The notes beneath the pieces were generated by a model that saw only the letters and a list, made by a program, of their open reading frames with translations, ran no database searches and was not told the DNA's origin. Positions 14,158 to 27,863 of a DNA stretch of 64,000 nt are shown here, piece by piece (position 1 is the first letter of the stretch; the number at the start of each line of letters is the position of its first letter). The translations under genes were made by a program, and so were the position numbers. Origin of the DNA: Octopus sinensis (lineage: Eukaryota); the NCBI RefSeq assembly GCF_006345805.1, contig NC_043000.1, positions 130,634,001-130,698,000 of the forward strand, read 5' to 3'.

Positions 14158-14756
14158 GTATTTCACACACCAAGTTTCGAATAGAGCGAACTTGTATGTG
14201 GTTACTCAACCGCAAGAATAGCAGCTAAATGTCCCCTCGTATCGCACACTTCGCAGTGTGGGAACGTTATCGCGATGCATGATAGAATGGGCGATTGTGG
14301 CGAACGCCTTCGACAAAAGGGATGCTGGATAAGATCAAGAAATAACAGCTTATATTGGATAGTGGAGACCTAGAGGTTATTACGTGGGAGAAAAAAAAAA
14401 CGGAATGGCCACTTCTGGTACGTCTACATCACATACAACTGGAAATGAACAATACAACAGAAATTCGTCTATTGTGCGCAGAAGTTTCAACAGTCTACAT
14501 ACATGTATACACACATAAATACATGCATATACAGATACACACACATACGCGAACATGCGAACACGCACACGTGCACACGCGTACACACACACACACACAT
14601 ATATAACATATACATACATATATTTCTGTGTGTGTGTGTGCGTGTGTGTGTGCGTGTGTGTGTAACGCATTACACCATGATTTTGAAGAATATTTGGTTC
14701 CATTAGGGTTTTATATATATATATATATGCGTGTGTGTGTGTGTGTGTGTGTGTGT

Positions 14757-16057
14757 ATAAAACCCTAATGGGAGCCTTAACTCACAAATTTTAGTCATTT
14801 CTTTTTTTAACCAAAACTAAATCAAAAGTACTGAATGGAACTTTATGAAATTTGAAAATTATATTCTATCCATAAGGGCCATAACCCCCATGACAATTCA
14901 TATATTTTTGCTGCTGAGGAAATTTTAACCATAGATATTAGACACAAATGAAGTAATATTTATAAAATTTCATCTTTTTACAAGTTATAAAGACCCCACC
15001 ATGAGGACTTAACACCCACAATTTTGTCATTTTATCAAAGCAAAAACGAAGCTGTAGGGTTGCCCGAGCATAAAAGTTGGGCTTTATTTGTAATTTAATG
15101 GTACAACAGTGTAAGAGTTTGCCTTAGCATACACTTACATTGTGATTTCTGCAATGTAATGCATAAATTGTCAAGTAAGTGAGAGGCATCTTTGCCTCCA
15201 CTGATTCAGTTGCAAAGTGTTGAGTAAAGTTATTTGATTGCAGACCTCCTTTCAGTCTTTTTATTATCACTCGGTTACACATAGTCCCCAGATGGTAACA
15301 TTGATTTCAAGGCCTTCCCAGATGAGTGACTGGTTATTCAAAGACATTTATAGATTGTAAATTTATTCTGTCCTCTTACATATCAGTATAGTGGTCATTT
15401 GCAAACTTCAACTTTCATTTCTCCCTAGCCCTCACGTCACACAGTTGTTAATGTTTATTTCAGTTGGGTCACGCCCTTCCAATTGCTATAGATTCGTAAT
15501 GCATCTTACGGCTGTGCCTGTCACATGGATGTTGAGGAATCCTACATTGGGTGTGGTAACGTCTAGGGTAGGGTAACTGACTGCTTATTGTGATCATTCG
15601 TCTTTTGGTTTCCTGTAGCTTTGCTCTCTTTTACAAACCCAGTGAACATATATTTCCTATTTCAAAGAAATTCAAACAATAGATATAAGACCCAAGTAAA
15701 AAAGATTCTCAACAATTCAACTTCTCTGGTTGACATTAAGATGCCCACCCCCCACCCCAACAGGAGCCTTACCTCTCACATTTTAGAGGTCTATGACATT
15801 CATTTTTCAGGAGCAAAATCTTTTTAACAGGTTCAATAAGACTGGAATTTTGGAATATGCGCATAAAACTCAGTAGTATGGGATATATGTGGCACGATTA
15901 CAATTATTGGGAGGGGGGTGTAAAGAGGGAAATAACCCTCATCTGCAAGTTTGATGAAATTCGAAACGGATATTCCAGTTCACTAGAGAAAATATAACAG
16001 AAAAGTCTAATTCTTCATTGTATGTAACAACGGGCAACGCCGGGTATATCTCTGCTA

Positions 16058-16058
<1 letters not shown>
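14757..16058 (+). mobile_element. non-autonomous Helitron (5' boundary uncertain)
   Basis: 3' end CGGGCAACGCCGGG hairpin (16031-16044), then CTAG|T at 16055-16059, followed by (TA)n. No coding capacity seen. Confidence 0.7.
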
Positions 16059-16100
<42 letters not shown>

Positions 16101-16290
16101 ATATATATAATATGTATGTATATGAAAACAGGGATACTGAGACAGCCAGGCGATAGAGGACACAAAGATGTGAAGAGACGGACGAGAAAAACAGACAAGA
16201 AAATAAACTACAGTAACTGAGAAAAGAATGAGAGATTTCGATGCTTTAATCATGTGTATTTTCCCAAAATAGGTTACTGTAAATAGTTCT

Positions 16291-16390
16291 NNNNNNNNNN
16301 NNNNNNNNNNNNNNNNNNNNNNNNNNNNNNNNNNNNNNNNNNNNNNNNNNNNNNNNNNNNNNNNNNNNNNNNNNNNNNNNNNNNNNNNNN
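16291..16390. other. assembly gap (100 N)
   Basis: Run of exactly 100 N; the next contig starts with GATC. Confidence 1.
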
Positions 16391-17827
16391 GATCTATTTT
16401 TGATTCCTTGTAATTTTGATGATGTCTTATTCTATTCTCGTGAATGTATATGCTCAAAGAATATATTTTTGTTTTGGAAAATTTTAGTGTTTGAGTCGGT
16501 TGTCTTCCTGGTGACGACCATGGTCAAGAAACAAGTTTTGATTGGTTGTAGGTTTCATGGCGTCACTTTATTTTCATCACGAATATTTCCCATTTCGGAC
16601 AACCTATCTTTGTTATAATCAAGTTCTGCGTTCTGCTTGGTTGATTTCCCTGTAGGGGGCTCGGTAATTAGTTTTTGTTTGAGGGCTATCTACCGTTCCG
16701 TTTGGTTGGTTACCCTAAGATGACACTGTTTGTTTTTCTGAAGATCCGGTTCTGATCGGAGGGAAAAAATTCATTGGTTTTGTCTAAGGTAACATCAGCA
16801 ACTCGTATTCGAGAAGGTGTATCATATTATTATATAGTAATTTGGACAGGACACCGTTCTATTGCAGAATCTTTTATTCTTCTTGGCTGAGTGGACTCTA
16901 AAGAGAAGTGAAAAATTTGCTCGCACACAACGCATCGCCCACTGCAGGAATCGAAACCATAATCTTAAGATCAGCAGTGGAACACCCTAAACAATAACAT
17001 ACACATATATATACACATAGCTACATACTCACTCACACACACACACACACACGTATTTATAACTTCTTACATTTATATACAATTTCTGCGACTCCACACT
17101 CTGTCCTTATTCTTTCAAACTTTCTCTCAGGCGTTACCCACAACAATTCGTCTTGACCTAACAGCCCTTAATGTTTGTCTTCGCCGACTGTTCAACGCAG
17201 TAGTACGTCCACTCAGTTGTTGCTTGTTCATTCGAAGTTACGCATTTTTCACTCATTGGTGAAGTCAAATACTTAATGTGTATTTATTTATTTATTTATT
17301 TAAAATTGAACGCTACGCAGCCTTGTCTAGGGTAAGTTCTTACACTTACTTATATATATGTGGTGTGTGTGTGTGTACACAATAGTTAGGCAATGTGATA
17401 GATAAGAACCAGGCTACATACTGGGCTACATATGTTTCATAGCGAGTGGAACTTCAGAAGTGGTAAATATCCAAGCGAGGTGTATACCACAGGCTTCACT
17501 TTAGGCCAAGGATATCTTGATTAAATGAAAGTTTACTTTGTCTTAAGGAGGTACACGTTAACGCATGGGAGATCCAATCAGAATCGAGCAGATCTTTTCT
17601 ACTCCGTTCCGTAGCTATTGCATATTTATTCGCATACCCGGCAACCCTGGTACCTACCGTGAAATATAAAATGAACTTGTTTCAGTTTATTGTACATCGA
17701 TAGAAAAAAGAATCCACAACTTTCAGTCTCAATAAACCACCATTGTCTCTGAAAGTTGTTTTTAGATTTTCTACGGATTGCTTGAAGCTAACTTTCTTCC
17801 TACACCTTGATCTCTGGTTCTTACATT

Positions 17828-17870
<43 letters not shown>

Positions 17871-18277
17871 ACGTTTATAAATTTGTGTTCTAAGTCTCCT
17901 GATGTAAATAAGTGGAGCAAGAGCACACACGAAGAAGCAAAGTGTAACTGAAGAGGACACAGATGTGTGACGAAATATTTCGGGACAATGGACATGAGTT
18001 AGAATATGAACAGTAATAAATGAGTGAAGAACAAATACACAGTGCGTGTGTTTATTTGACAAAAAATGACCATCCCGAAATACAACAATATATATATATA
18101 TATTAAAATACAGTTATACATGCACGCACATATAATGCATTTATTTTGTATGAATACATATATATACATATGTATATAATTTCATAATTAAGTAGGTGTG
18201 TGCGTACATATACATATATACGCAGCAACATATATATATATATATACATATATTTATATATAATTATATATATATAT

Positions 18278-18309
<32 letters not shown>

Positions 18310-18310
18310 T

Positions 18311-18440
18311 AACAAACTGTCCGACGAACGGGAACGTGAAACTCTGAGTACCAGCTTTTGTTATATTAGTGCTGCTTTTAAATAAAGCATTAACTCTACC
18401 TCTGGTATCTGAGCACTCTTTTTTCCACCTTGTTTCACAT
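18311..18440 (+). mobile_element. Penelope-like terminal fragment with degenerate minimal hammerhead (18317-18354)
   Basis: CTGT-CCGACGA-ACG(GGAA)CGT-GAA-ACTC(T)GAGT-A-CCAG; the 3' part recurs at ~31055-31115. Confidence 0.55.
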
Positions 18441-18473
18441 TTATGGTGCTTACTCGTATATATAACATATATA

Positions 18474-18528
<55 letters not shown>

Positions 18529-18542
18529 ATATACTCTGTACT

Positions 18543-18962
18543 CTTTTTACTCTCTTTTACTTGTTTCAGTCATTTGACTGCGGCCATGCTGGAGCACCGC
18601 CTTAATCGAGCAACTCGACCCCGGGACTTATTCTTTTGTAAGCCCAGTACTTATTCTATCGGTCTCTTTTGCCGAACCGCTAAGTAACGGGGACATAAAT
18701 ACACCAGCATCGGTTGTCAAGCAATGCTAGTGGGACAAACACAGACACACAAACATGCACACACACACATACATACATATATATATATATATATACATAT
18801 ATACGACAGGCTTCTTTCAGTTTCCGTCTATCAAATCCACTCAAAAGGCCTTGGTCGGCCCGAGGCTATAGTAGAAGACACTTGCCCAAGGTGCCACGCA
18901 GTGGGACTGAACCCGGAACCATGTGGTTGGTAAACAAGATACTTACCACACAGCCACGCACG
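18543..18962 (-). mobile_element. family B CORE-like SINE, near full length
   Basis: Full head-to-tail match to the other family B copies. Confidence 0.88.
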
Positions 18963-19042
18963 TGCATACACACATATAAGTACGTATGAATATATATAAG
19001 TATCTATAATATATCTATATATACATACATATACATACATAC

Positions 19043-19103
<61 letters not shown>

Positions 19104-19669
19104 TATATATATAATGTTTGCGTAATGTACATTAGCATTAGCACGCGCTTGCATGTTACTGCAAACCATAATGCGAGCAAGTGTAAATATATGAGTCACA
19201 AGCATAAATATTTATTTTTAAAACATCTAAAGCGCATTAGAATATGAAACTAGTATTTTGCCTCCCAAATTAAATGTAAAACTAAAAGTAATATATTGAT
19301 AAAATTAAATCACGAGAGAAAATATAAAAAGTTGCCATAGCTGTGTAGAGTCTGTCAATTTAAGGAATAAATAAAATGGAAATATTGGAATATATATTTA
19401 ATGGATTCCCTCAGTATTAAAAGACAGAATATTGAATGACGTACATTTCTTAACGATATCGAATAATGAATTGGAACTTTTTCGACATCGATCCGAAAAC
19501 TTATTTACTATATTAGAATTATTAATATGGAATTATTAACGTGCATGAATTTTATTTTGTTGTTTCGTATGTGAAGGCGTGTGAGCGCATTTGTGTTTGC
19601 GCGCGCTCAGGCGTCAATGTGTGTATCTGTGTGTGCATGTGTTTGCATGTATGTGTGTGTAGTTACGTA

Positions 19670-20228
19670 TTGGGTTGTCCGGATAGTTCGTGCCGATATT
19701 TAAAGGAAAGAAACAGGTCAATAAATGCTTGCCATTGCATTTTTAATCAACCAAATATGAACCATTTTGTTGCGTCTCTATCTTTCCTTTAACTTGAAAA
19801 TACCCTCTTCCCAGAATTGAGGTGGTTTCATGGCAAAGAATTCATCAAGGTATCTTTTTACGTCATCCAAGGAAATGAAATTCTTACAATTAAGACTATT
19901 CTGCAGAGACCTGAATAAGTGGAAATCCGAAGGAGCAATATCTGGTGAATATGGAGGGTAAGGTATCACATTCCAGGCGAGCTGCAGCAATTTTTGTCTG
20001 GTTACCAAATCATCAAGTTCCGAAAATGAACTTTCTTATCTTCCATTTTTATGTGTTACAGAATTAACGCAGGTTATAGGAACATAAACCTTCTTCCACG
20101 AAAAGATAGATTAAACTGTGCTCTAAATGGAGGTGTAGTCAAATCCTATTTTATGGACTCAACCATGTACTAAAATAAGTCGAACCGTAAGCTGCTATAA
20201 ATCGGCACGAACTTTCCTGACAACCCAA
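19670..20228 (-). mobile_element. internally deleted mariner (559 bp)
   Basis: 28-bp TIRs TTGGGTTGTC..GA.AGTTCGTGCCGAT with TA on both sides. Contains the MEDKKVHFR N-terminus joined to the YPPYSPDIAPSDFHLFRSLQN C-terminus. Confidence 0.92.
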
Positions 20229-20538
20229 TACTTCTCACAAAGCGAATATACCAACACATAGATATCCGTAGCTGCGTAGTATAGGCTTGAGGAAGACGAC
20301 TATCATTCTACGACCGCCTGTGTGTCGGGTCAAAGCTGAGAGACTTCAAGTACAATCTTGTACCTTTCTTCATTGCCTCTTGGCCTAATATCAGTGGACT
20401 TGTGAAGATAGTGTGATTATGTCGGTCCCGGTGTCTTGGTTTGTTGAACACAACCTACACGATTAATATTAGTATAGTGGGCATCATCCCTAAAACATGT
20501 ATTGGCCGAGTTAATATTTATTCATGTGTGTGTGTGTT

Positions 20539-20572
<34 letters not shown>

Positions 20573-21454
20573 GAGAGAGAAAGAGAGGGAGAGAGAGAGT
20601 TATGCAAAAGCTCTTTGCTGAATAGAAGAATACAGTGAATTATATACCATACACACAATACAATATAAAATTCTTACTAAATTATACTGAATTATTTTAT
20701 ATATTCCTTGAATACCAATGCAGTCATTTTTTGTATTTGCAGCGTTTTCGTGCAGTTTTATGTTGGTATTTTTGTCCATTTTAAGAGTACTATGAAATGA
20801 TAACACACATTGAATAAGCTGCTCCTCAAAATTTCACATAGAATGCGAATATCATTTATTTTATATTCGCGTTTCTTCCCTATACTATCTTCTTTTGCTG
20901 TTTAATGGCTTTCGAAACAGAGAAACTATTTCAGCTCTAGTTGAAACTGGATTCTAAATTTACATAAAGTATTGTACTGTAATTTTTCTGACGTATCATT
21001 CTAGTATGCTAACATTACACACATATGCTTATCTCTTCAACATTGAAAAGATTCATTTATTTTTCCCCTCATATTTTGTATTAAAGTCAAATGCGTCCAA
21101 ATTAAATATGATATAGTTTTTGTTGAAAATTATTCACACCATTACATCAAAACCTCCATTCCTCTTCTAGTTAGCTCATATTACAGCTTTCTGTTCATCT
21201 ACACAATGCTAAAATTTTAGGGAAATATAACTTTCTGGAAATTAAAAACTACCAAACGAAATACCCCTGTGAATAACAGCAAGGGGCCACAAAACAAATA
21301 CCGAGTCGACCACACATCTGTATATATTCTGTATAAGACCAACCACAGATAATTTATGGAAACAAGTGCACAGCAGGTAACCACCAAACCTTGTTATTTA
21401 ACTCAAAAGATGTCATTTTCTATTAGTCTAAGTTTTGCTATATTAAAATATATA

Positions 21455-21690
21455 TTTTATCTTTTACTTGTTTCAGTCACTGGACTGCAGCCATGCTTGG
21501 GCACTGTCTTCAAGCGTTTAGTCGAATTCAACGACCCTAGTACTTATTTTTTTAAGCCTGCTTCTTATTCTTGTGCAGAGCCGCTTGTGGTTATAATAGA
21601 AGGCACCCGCCCAAGGCACCCAGCAATGAGACTGAAACCAAAAAATCTGGTTGAAAAGCAAATTTCCTGCACACAGCTATTTGGTGATTG
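21455..21690 (-). mobile_element. degraded family B SINE
   Basis: tttacttgtttcagtca..ctgcagccatgct tail plus cttgcccaagg-like head remnant, internally deleted. Confidence 0.6.
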
Positions 21691-21987
21691 CTAGAAGGAA
21701 ATCTACGCATGGACTTCTCAACAACTAGAAGTAAGGATAAATTACATATATAATGTACTCTAATAAACGATTAACTGCTAATAGCGTTTATCGAAAAGTA
21801 TTATAATCAAAGATTAAGTAATTTGTTTCTCAAAGATTTATTCACGAAACATTGCAAGCAATGCACACATATGTTTGTAATCAGATAGAAACTTAGAGCC
21901 GATGGGAGATGAATGACGTCAAGGACGATATATAATTACTGCTGTAATTTATGAAACCAAACATCACCGAACATTTCATATACATAC

Positions 21988-22018
<31 letters not shown>

Positions 22019-22649
22019 CTTATATGTGTGTTTGTGTGTGTCTGCGTGTGTGTGAGTGAGTGAGTATATATAAATATATATATATATATCATATACATAT
22101 ATGCGAGTGTGTGTGTAGATAGACAGATATACATATATATATATACATACATACATACATATACAACATACTACATAACATACTATACATACATACATAC
22201 ATAGATATATTAAATTATATAATATATATAATCTATATATTAATATATATATATAGTGTGGTGTGTGTGTGTGTGTGTGTATACGAGAAAATAGACATAG
22301 AGAGGGGTAGAAGAGAGAGGGAGAAGGGGGAGAGAGAGGAGATTGTGGTTTCACACTGCTATGAACTGCAATTAAGTGAAAAAATACTGAAAGCCGTTGT
22401 TCGGTGGAGTGGAATAACAGTATATTTTCAAAATTGAATCTACGTCAGAACCAGGAACGAGAAACCTCGAGTAGCTTCTCATGCAGAATCAGCTTTTCAT
22501 AATGAATAACAAGAACAAGATCAACACCGACAAGGACAACAGCAGCAGCAGCAACAACAACAACAACAACAAATCAAACAACATCAACAACAACCATAAC
22601 AACGACAGCAATAATAACTCGTTTCTACATCTCCCATTGCGCTAAATGA

Positions 22650-23820
22650 CAACAATATTGTTGAATAATGAGACCAAGATGGAATATATAAGTACCTGAG
22701 TACAAATAAGGAGAATGCGATCCAACACAGTGTTATGAGGGAATAAATCATGCAAAAAGTATTATACAAGGTTATGTTTGATTATAAAAATGGAACTAAA
22801 TTCCCAGAATAAAATTCAAGCCATTAATTCACTAGCTGTCCCAGTGGTTTAAATGAACTGCAACGAATGAAGGCGAAAACAAGAACACTTATGAGGGCAA
22901 ACAAGATGCATTATTTAAAGACTGATATTCATAGAATCTACGTTTCCCGAAAAGAGGTTGGAGAGGTCTTATCCATCTAGAATTATCGTACAAGACCAAT
23001 GCAATAGGACTTAATTCATACATCCAGAATAAATACGACTGGATGACACAGCTAGTAAATCAAAACGAAGGGAACAAGCTACATTCTGCCATTAAAGAGG
23101 AATAGAAGTATAAAGAGAAGTAAGGTTAGGTGTAAATTTTGATGACAAAGCTGCAATACGAACAGAAGCAGCAAAACACGGCGAACAGGAAAGAAGGCCC
23201 TAGAAAGCTTATAGATAAATTGCAAGAGAACCCTCTCCATTGTCAGTATCCCAAACGAACGAGTGAAGCAGCTATAGATATATAAACAACACATCAGTAG
23301 TTGCACTCTTCAGGTCTAAAACATAAACTCGAGCTTTTATAATGGCGACTCAGATTAATCACTACTCACAACAAACTACCGAGCAAACATCCTCTACAAT
23401 GATGCTCACCCAAACTGTGGACTATGAGATAATACTATTGAAACCATCGACCACATTGTGGCTGGTTGCTCTAAACTCACAATGACCATGTATAAAACCT
23501 GACATGACTGAATAGAGAAGTACTTACATTGGAAAATCTGTTGTCTTTATGACATACCGCATCCGAAAATCGGTATGAATACCACTAGAAACCAATTACA
23601 GAAGGTAATTCAGTTACTATTCTGTGGGACTTTACCATCCATACTAACATACAAATAAATGCCAATAGTCCATATATTATTGTCAAAAACCATAGACAAA
23701 ATACCTGCTTTCTAATAGACATGACAGTAACAGCTGTTCGAATATCTCAATCAAAGTAGCTAAATACAAGGACTTAGAGATAGAAATCAGGAAAATGTGG
23801 AACAAAAAAAGAACAAAAAA
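22650..23820 (+). mobile_element. decayed R4/Dong-clade LINE 3' half
   Basis: Broken frames give YKYL(S), NKIQAINSLAVPV, RIYVSRKE.GRGL, TIDHIVAGCSKL, ILWDFTIHT and LIDMTV..KVAKYKDLEIEIRKMW. Confidence 0.82.
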
Positions 23821-23844
23821 ATTGCTTGTCATTTGTTTGCCCTT

Positions 23845-24206
23845 AAGGACTTCAGCATGTCCCTTAGTGGCTGACGATATGTGCATCTCTGATCACGATC
23901 AGAAGTAGTGGGGAAGCATCATAGCCATGTGCTGAGATGAATTCTTTGGAGTTAGGATCATTCACCTTTGGAAACATGAGTATTTCGTTCGACATCCTTA
24001 AACAACCCTGATTTAGGGACCTATTGAGTGGGATGGGCTACTCAACCTGAAAAAAATTCTAACTGGGCCCCCAGCAGGTCGCACACATATGGTTGTGATG
24101 CATGTGCTAGGTGTATTCTTATCAGACGGGTAATTATGATGGGTATACTGGACTTCGTATATTTTACCTCACTGTCACTTTGATGGCATGCACTGCTCTC
24201 CCACTC

Positions 24207-24272
<66 letters not shown>
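23845..24272 (+). mobile_element. non-coding retroposon 3' segment ending in an (AAT)n tail
   Basis: Ends ..gcatgcactgctctcccactc(AAT)22. Family recognition is from memory of octopus repeats only. Confidence 0.5.
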
Positions 24273-24273
<1 letters not shown>

Positions 24274-27120
24274 TCAACAAATATAGAGCGTGTAGGACTT
24301 GGAACGAGGCAGTGGCACACGTGCTGGAAGAATGGAGTGCTACCTTCTGGGTAATCTGAGAAATAATAATGAAGTACCAGCAAGGAGATTTAGGAAAAGA
24401 ATGCATAGGGCATAGAGCGACAGAGGCCTTTTTGAATTAAGTGAGCAAAATCTGTGTGACCAAGCTAGAGCTATCAGAAATAATGAATAGTTATCTCCAG
24501 TTGAACTAGAAAGCATTAAGAGACTGGTGCTTGGGGATAGTAAGATCAGCGGTGAACGGAATGATGAGGAAGAGGATGCAGACAGTGACACTATGGCAGT
24601 AGAGTTGAAGGAAGAAAATGAGCATGAGGCTGAGGTTATTGATCAGGAAAGCGATGAGAAAACTGAGGTACAGATATCCATTTTAAATGAATTTATTGTT
24701 ATATGGACCTCTGGTGAACAGAGCTTTTATACGGGGTTTAAAGAAGCAGACAGAAATAAACTTAATGAATGGGTCGGAAGATAAAGGATATCACTGGTGA
24801 CTCAGGACTGACAACATCACAGGCATCAACAATCTGATAAATGCAACCTCGATATTTATATCACAGAAGTTAGGTTTAAAAGTCAAAGGTAAATGTCGAC
24901 ATAACCTGAAGGAACCATGGAGAATAACGGAGAATAACGCAGTCTATTAACGAGAACAGAAAACATATTAATATTCCGGAACGGAAATATAAGGAAATGA
25001 AGCTCAGCAAGACAAATATGTTGCGCTAGAGAGGAAGCATAGAGTGAAGAGAAAGGGAATCAATGTTGTGATTGAGGAATAAAACCCAAGGTTAAAAGCT
25101 AAAGCACATAAACTAAAGAGATATGAACAGAGAATTGAGCAATACAGATTAAACAGACTTTTCGAATAAAATCAGAAATGACTCTATCAGGAACTGGATG
25201 GGAAAGAAAATGGTGTAAAAGCCGTGCTGGATGCTAAAGAAAGCAAAATATTCTGGGCAAAAATATGGTCTCAGGAGAAACAACACGAAACTGAAGCAGA
25301 GTGGTTAAAGACACTCAAAGAGGAGAATGGAGATTATCAGCAGGAGGATTTGTGAATAATCAAGGAGGTGATTAGATAACAGTTCAAGAGAATTTCTAAC
25401 TGGAAAGCGCCTAGCCCGGATGGGGTTCAGGGCTTTTGGCTTTAAAACTTGAGAGCCCTGCATAGGAGAATTGCGAGACAGCTGGACGAAATAGTGACAT
25501 CCAAATATCGGCCTTGATGACAAAAGGAAGAACGGTACTATGCCAGAAGGACTCAAGTAAAGGGAATGCGGTTGGAAATTTCCGGCTAATATTTTGTCTA
25601 CTATTGATGTGGAAACTAATGACGGGCATCGTATCAGACAACATCTATAAGTACCTAATGAGAACAACCTACTACCAGTGGAAGAAAAGGGATGTAGACG
25701 TAAGAGCACACAAACGAAGGCTCAATTACTAATCGATAAGACTATCCTGGCTAACTGCAAGAAGAGGCACAAAAATTTGGCGATGACATGTGTGAACTAC
25801 AGGAAAGCATATGACTTGTGGTGATTGAATGCCTTAAACTGCTTAAGGTCTCCCACAATATCCTGAATATCTTAAGAAAGATGCGTGTGGGGTACTTGCT
25901 AGGCAGGGTGAAAGCAAAGATTCTGTGGTTTATGGATGACCTAGAGGTATTTGCTAAGTACTGAGAAAGAACTTGAGAGTTTGATGGCAACTGAGCAGAT
26001 GATTAGCAAAGATATTGGCATGGAATTTGGGATCGAGAAATGCGGTGTAATGATTCTCAAAAAAGAGGAAAATCAGTAAAAACCATGGGATCAAGCTGGG
26101 AAGTGGCGAAACTATAAAGGAAGTCGGAGAGGAAGGATATAAGTAGCTGGGTATCATTGAAAGAGATAAAATGAATGAACACAAGATGAAAGAAGTGTAT
26201 AGGAAAGAGTATTTGAGGAGAACTCGGCTTGTGCTCCAGTCGAAGCTAAATTATAGATTAAAGCAATGAACACGTGGGCGGTTGCTTTGGTGAGATATGG
26301 GGTAGGAATGGTATCTTGGAAGAAGAATGAATTACAAGAGATAGACTGGAGAACACGTAAACTAATGAAAATGAACAAGGAACTACACCTCAAGAGTGAT
26401 GCGTCAAGATTGTATGAAAAGAGGAAAGAAGAAGGACGGGGATTGGTGTGTTGTGAAGGTTGTGTAAGGGAAGAGGAGAATAGCCTGGCTTGGTCTGTCA
26501 AAGGGAGTAAAGAAGAAATGATTGAAGCAGTGAAAATACAGGGAACCTTAAAAGTGAACGATGGCGTAGATCCAAAACGATTTAAGAAAGATCAGAGAGA
26601 ACAGATGAAGAAAATTTGGCAGGACAAGAAAATGGACAGTCATTACTTGAAGATTAAAGATGAGATTGATTGGAATAGAAACTGGCAGTAGCTGCAGAAA
26701 GGGGGCTTAAAAGGGCCCACTGAGGCATTAGTGTGCAGCGCTCTTGAAAAAGAAGGAAAGATAACAGATGCTACAATACCAGGTAATTCGAGGGTGAAAT
26801 GTAGGGAAACAGATAAGAGTGAGAAATACCAGCCACTGCAGGACGAAATAGGGAATTTATTGGGCATGCTGTAAGTAATGGTGATACTGGTGGTAATTGG
26901 AGCATTAGGAGCAGTTTCCAAGAGCTTTGAAAAATACGTTAAGAATATTGGAGCTGCTGTCAGGTTCGAAGTGATCCAGAAGTCAGCATTGTTGGATACA
27001 GCTCGCATTCTAAGGAGAGTATTGTCTCTTTGAGTCACAGAAGGCACTATTCGAAACCTTTAGTGACTTGTTATTGCCTGCTTTCAAGCAAAGAACAACC
27101 GCAAATAGGAAACGAGAATT
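24273..27120 (+). mobile_element. long, decayed R4/Dong-clade LINE
   Basis: N-terminal RMH..SDRGLFELSEQNLCDQARAIRNN, APSPDGVQGFW, FMDDL RT site, MNTWAVALVRYG..W, RLYEKRKEEGRGL, and RLE DATIPG..EK..YQ.L..EI..VVIGALG. Many stops; QGD and CCHC regions appear deleted. Confidence 0.9.
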
Positions 27121-27263
27121 AAAACAACAACAAAAACAACGGCAACAAAAATTATAACTACGGAAAGCACTCTCCATCTAAAATGGAATAAATGTGGTGA
27201 TAATTTTAGCATTCATAGCAAAACAAAAGTGGCCGGTAAAAAGACAGCTGAAATAAGGTTACA

Positions 27264-27737
27264 ATGAAAGGAAGAAGAAGAAGAAGAAGAAGAAGAAGAA
27301 GAAGAAGAAAGAAGAAGAAGAAGAAGAAGAAGAAGGGCAACAATAACAATAATAGCAAGACAAAAAAGGAGGAGGGGAGGGGAGGCGGAGACGGAGGAGG
27401 AGACGACGGGAAGGGGGACGAGGAGGACGAGGAGGAGGAAGAGGAGGATGAAGTGGAGGAGGAGGAGGAGGAGGAGGGGGAAGAAGAAGAAGAAGAAGAA
27501 GAAGAAGAAGAAGAAGAAGAAGAAGAAGCAGCAGAAGAAGAAGAAGCAGAGAAGAAGAAGCAGAGAAGAAGAAGAAGAAGAAGAAGAAGAAGAAGAAGAA
27601 GAAGAAGCAAGCAGGAAGAAGAAGAAGAAGAAGAAGAAAAAGAAGAAGCAGAAGAAGAAGAAGCAGGAGATCCGATGGTAACGACTTAATCCTCTCTCAA
27701 CAAAATGACTGACAGTAACAGTTATTAGGTCATCCCA

Positions 27738-27768
<31 letters not shown>

Positions 27769-27863
27769 AAGAAGAAGAAGAAGAAGAAGAAGAAGAAGAA
27801 GAGAAGAAGAAGAAGAAGAAGAAGAAGAAGAAGAAGAAGAAGAAGAAGAAGAAGAAGAAGAAG
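27264..27863 (+). repeat. polypurine (GAA)n/(GAG)n array interrupted by a 74-bp insert
   Basis: Visible repeats. Confidence 0.95.

Noticed and set aside
17920-17990. CTGAAGA...GAAATAT hammerhead-like motif
   Set aside because: Stem II broken and stem I absent; too degenerate to support.
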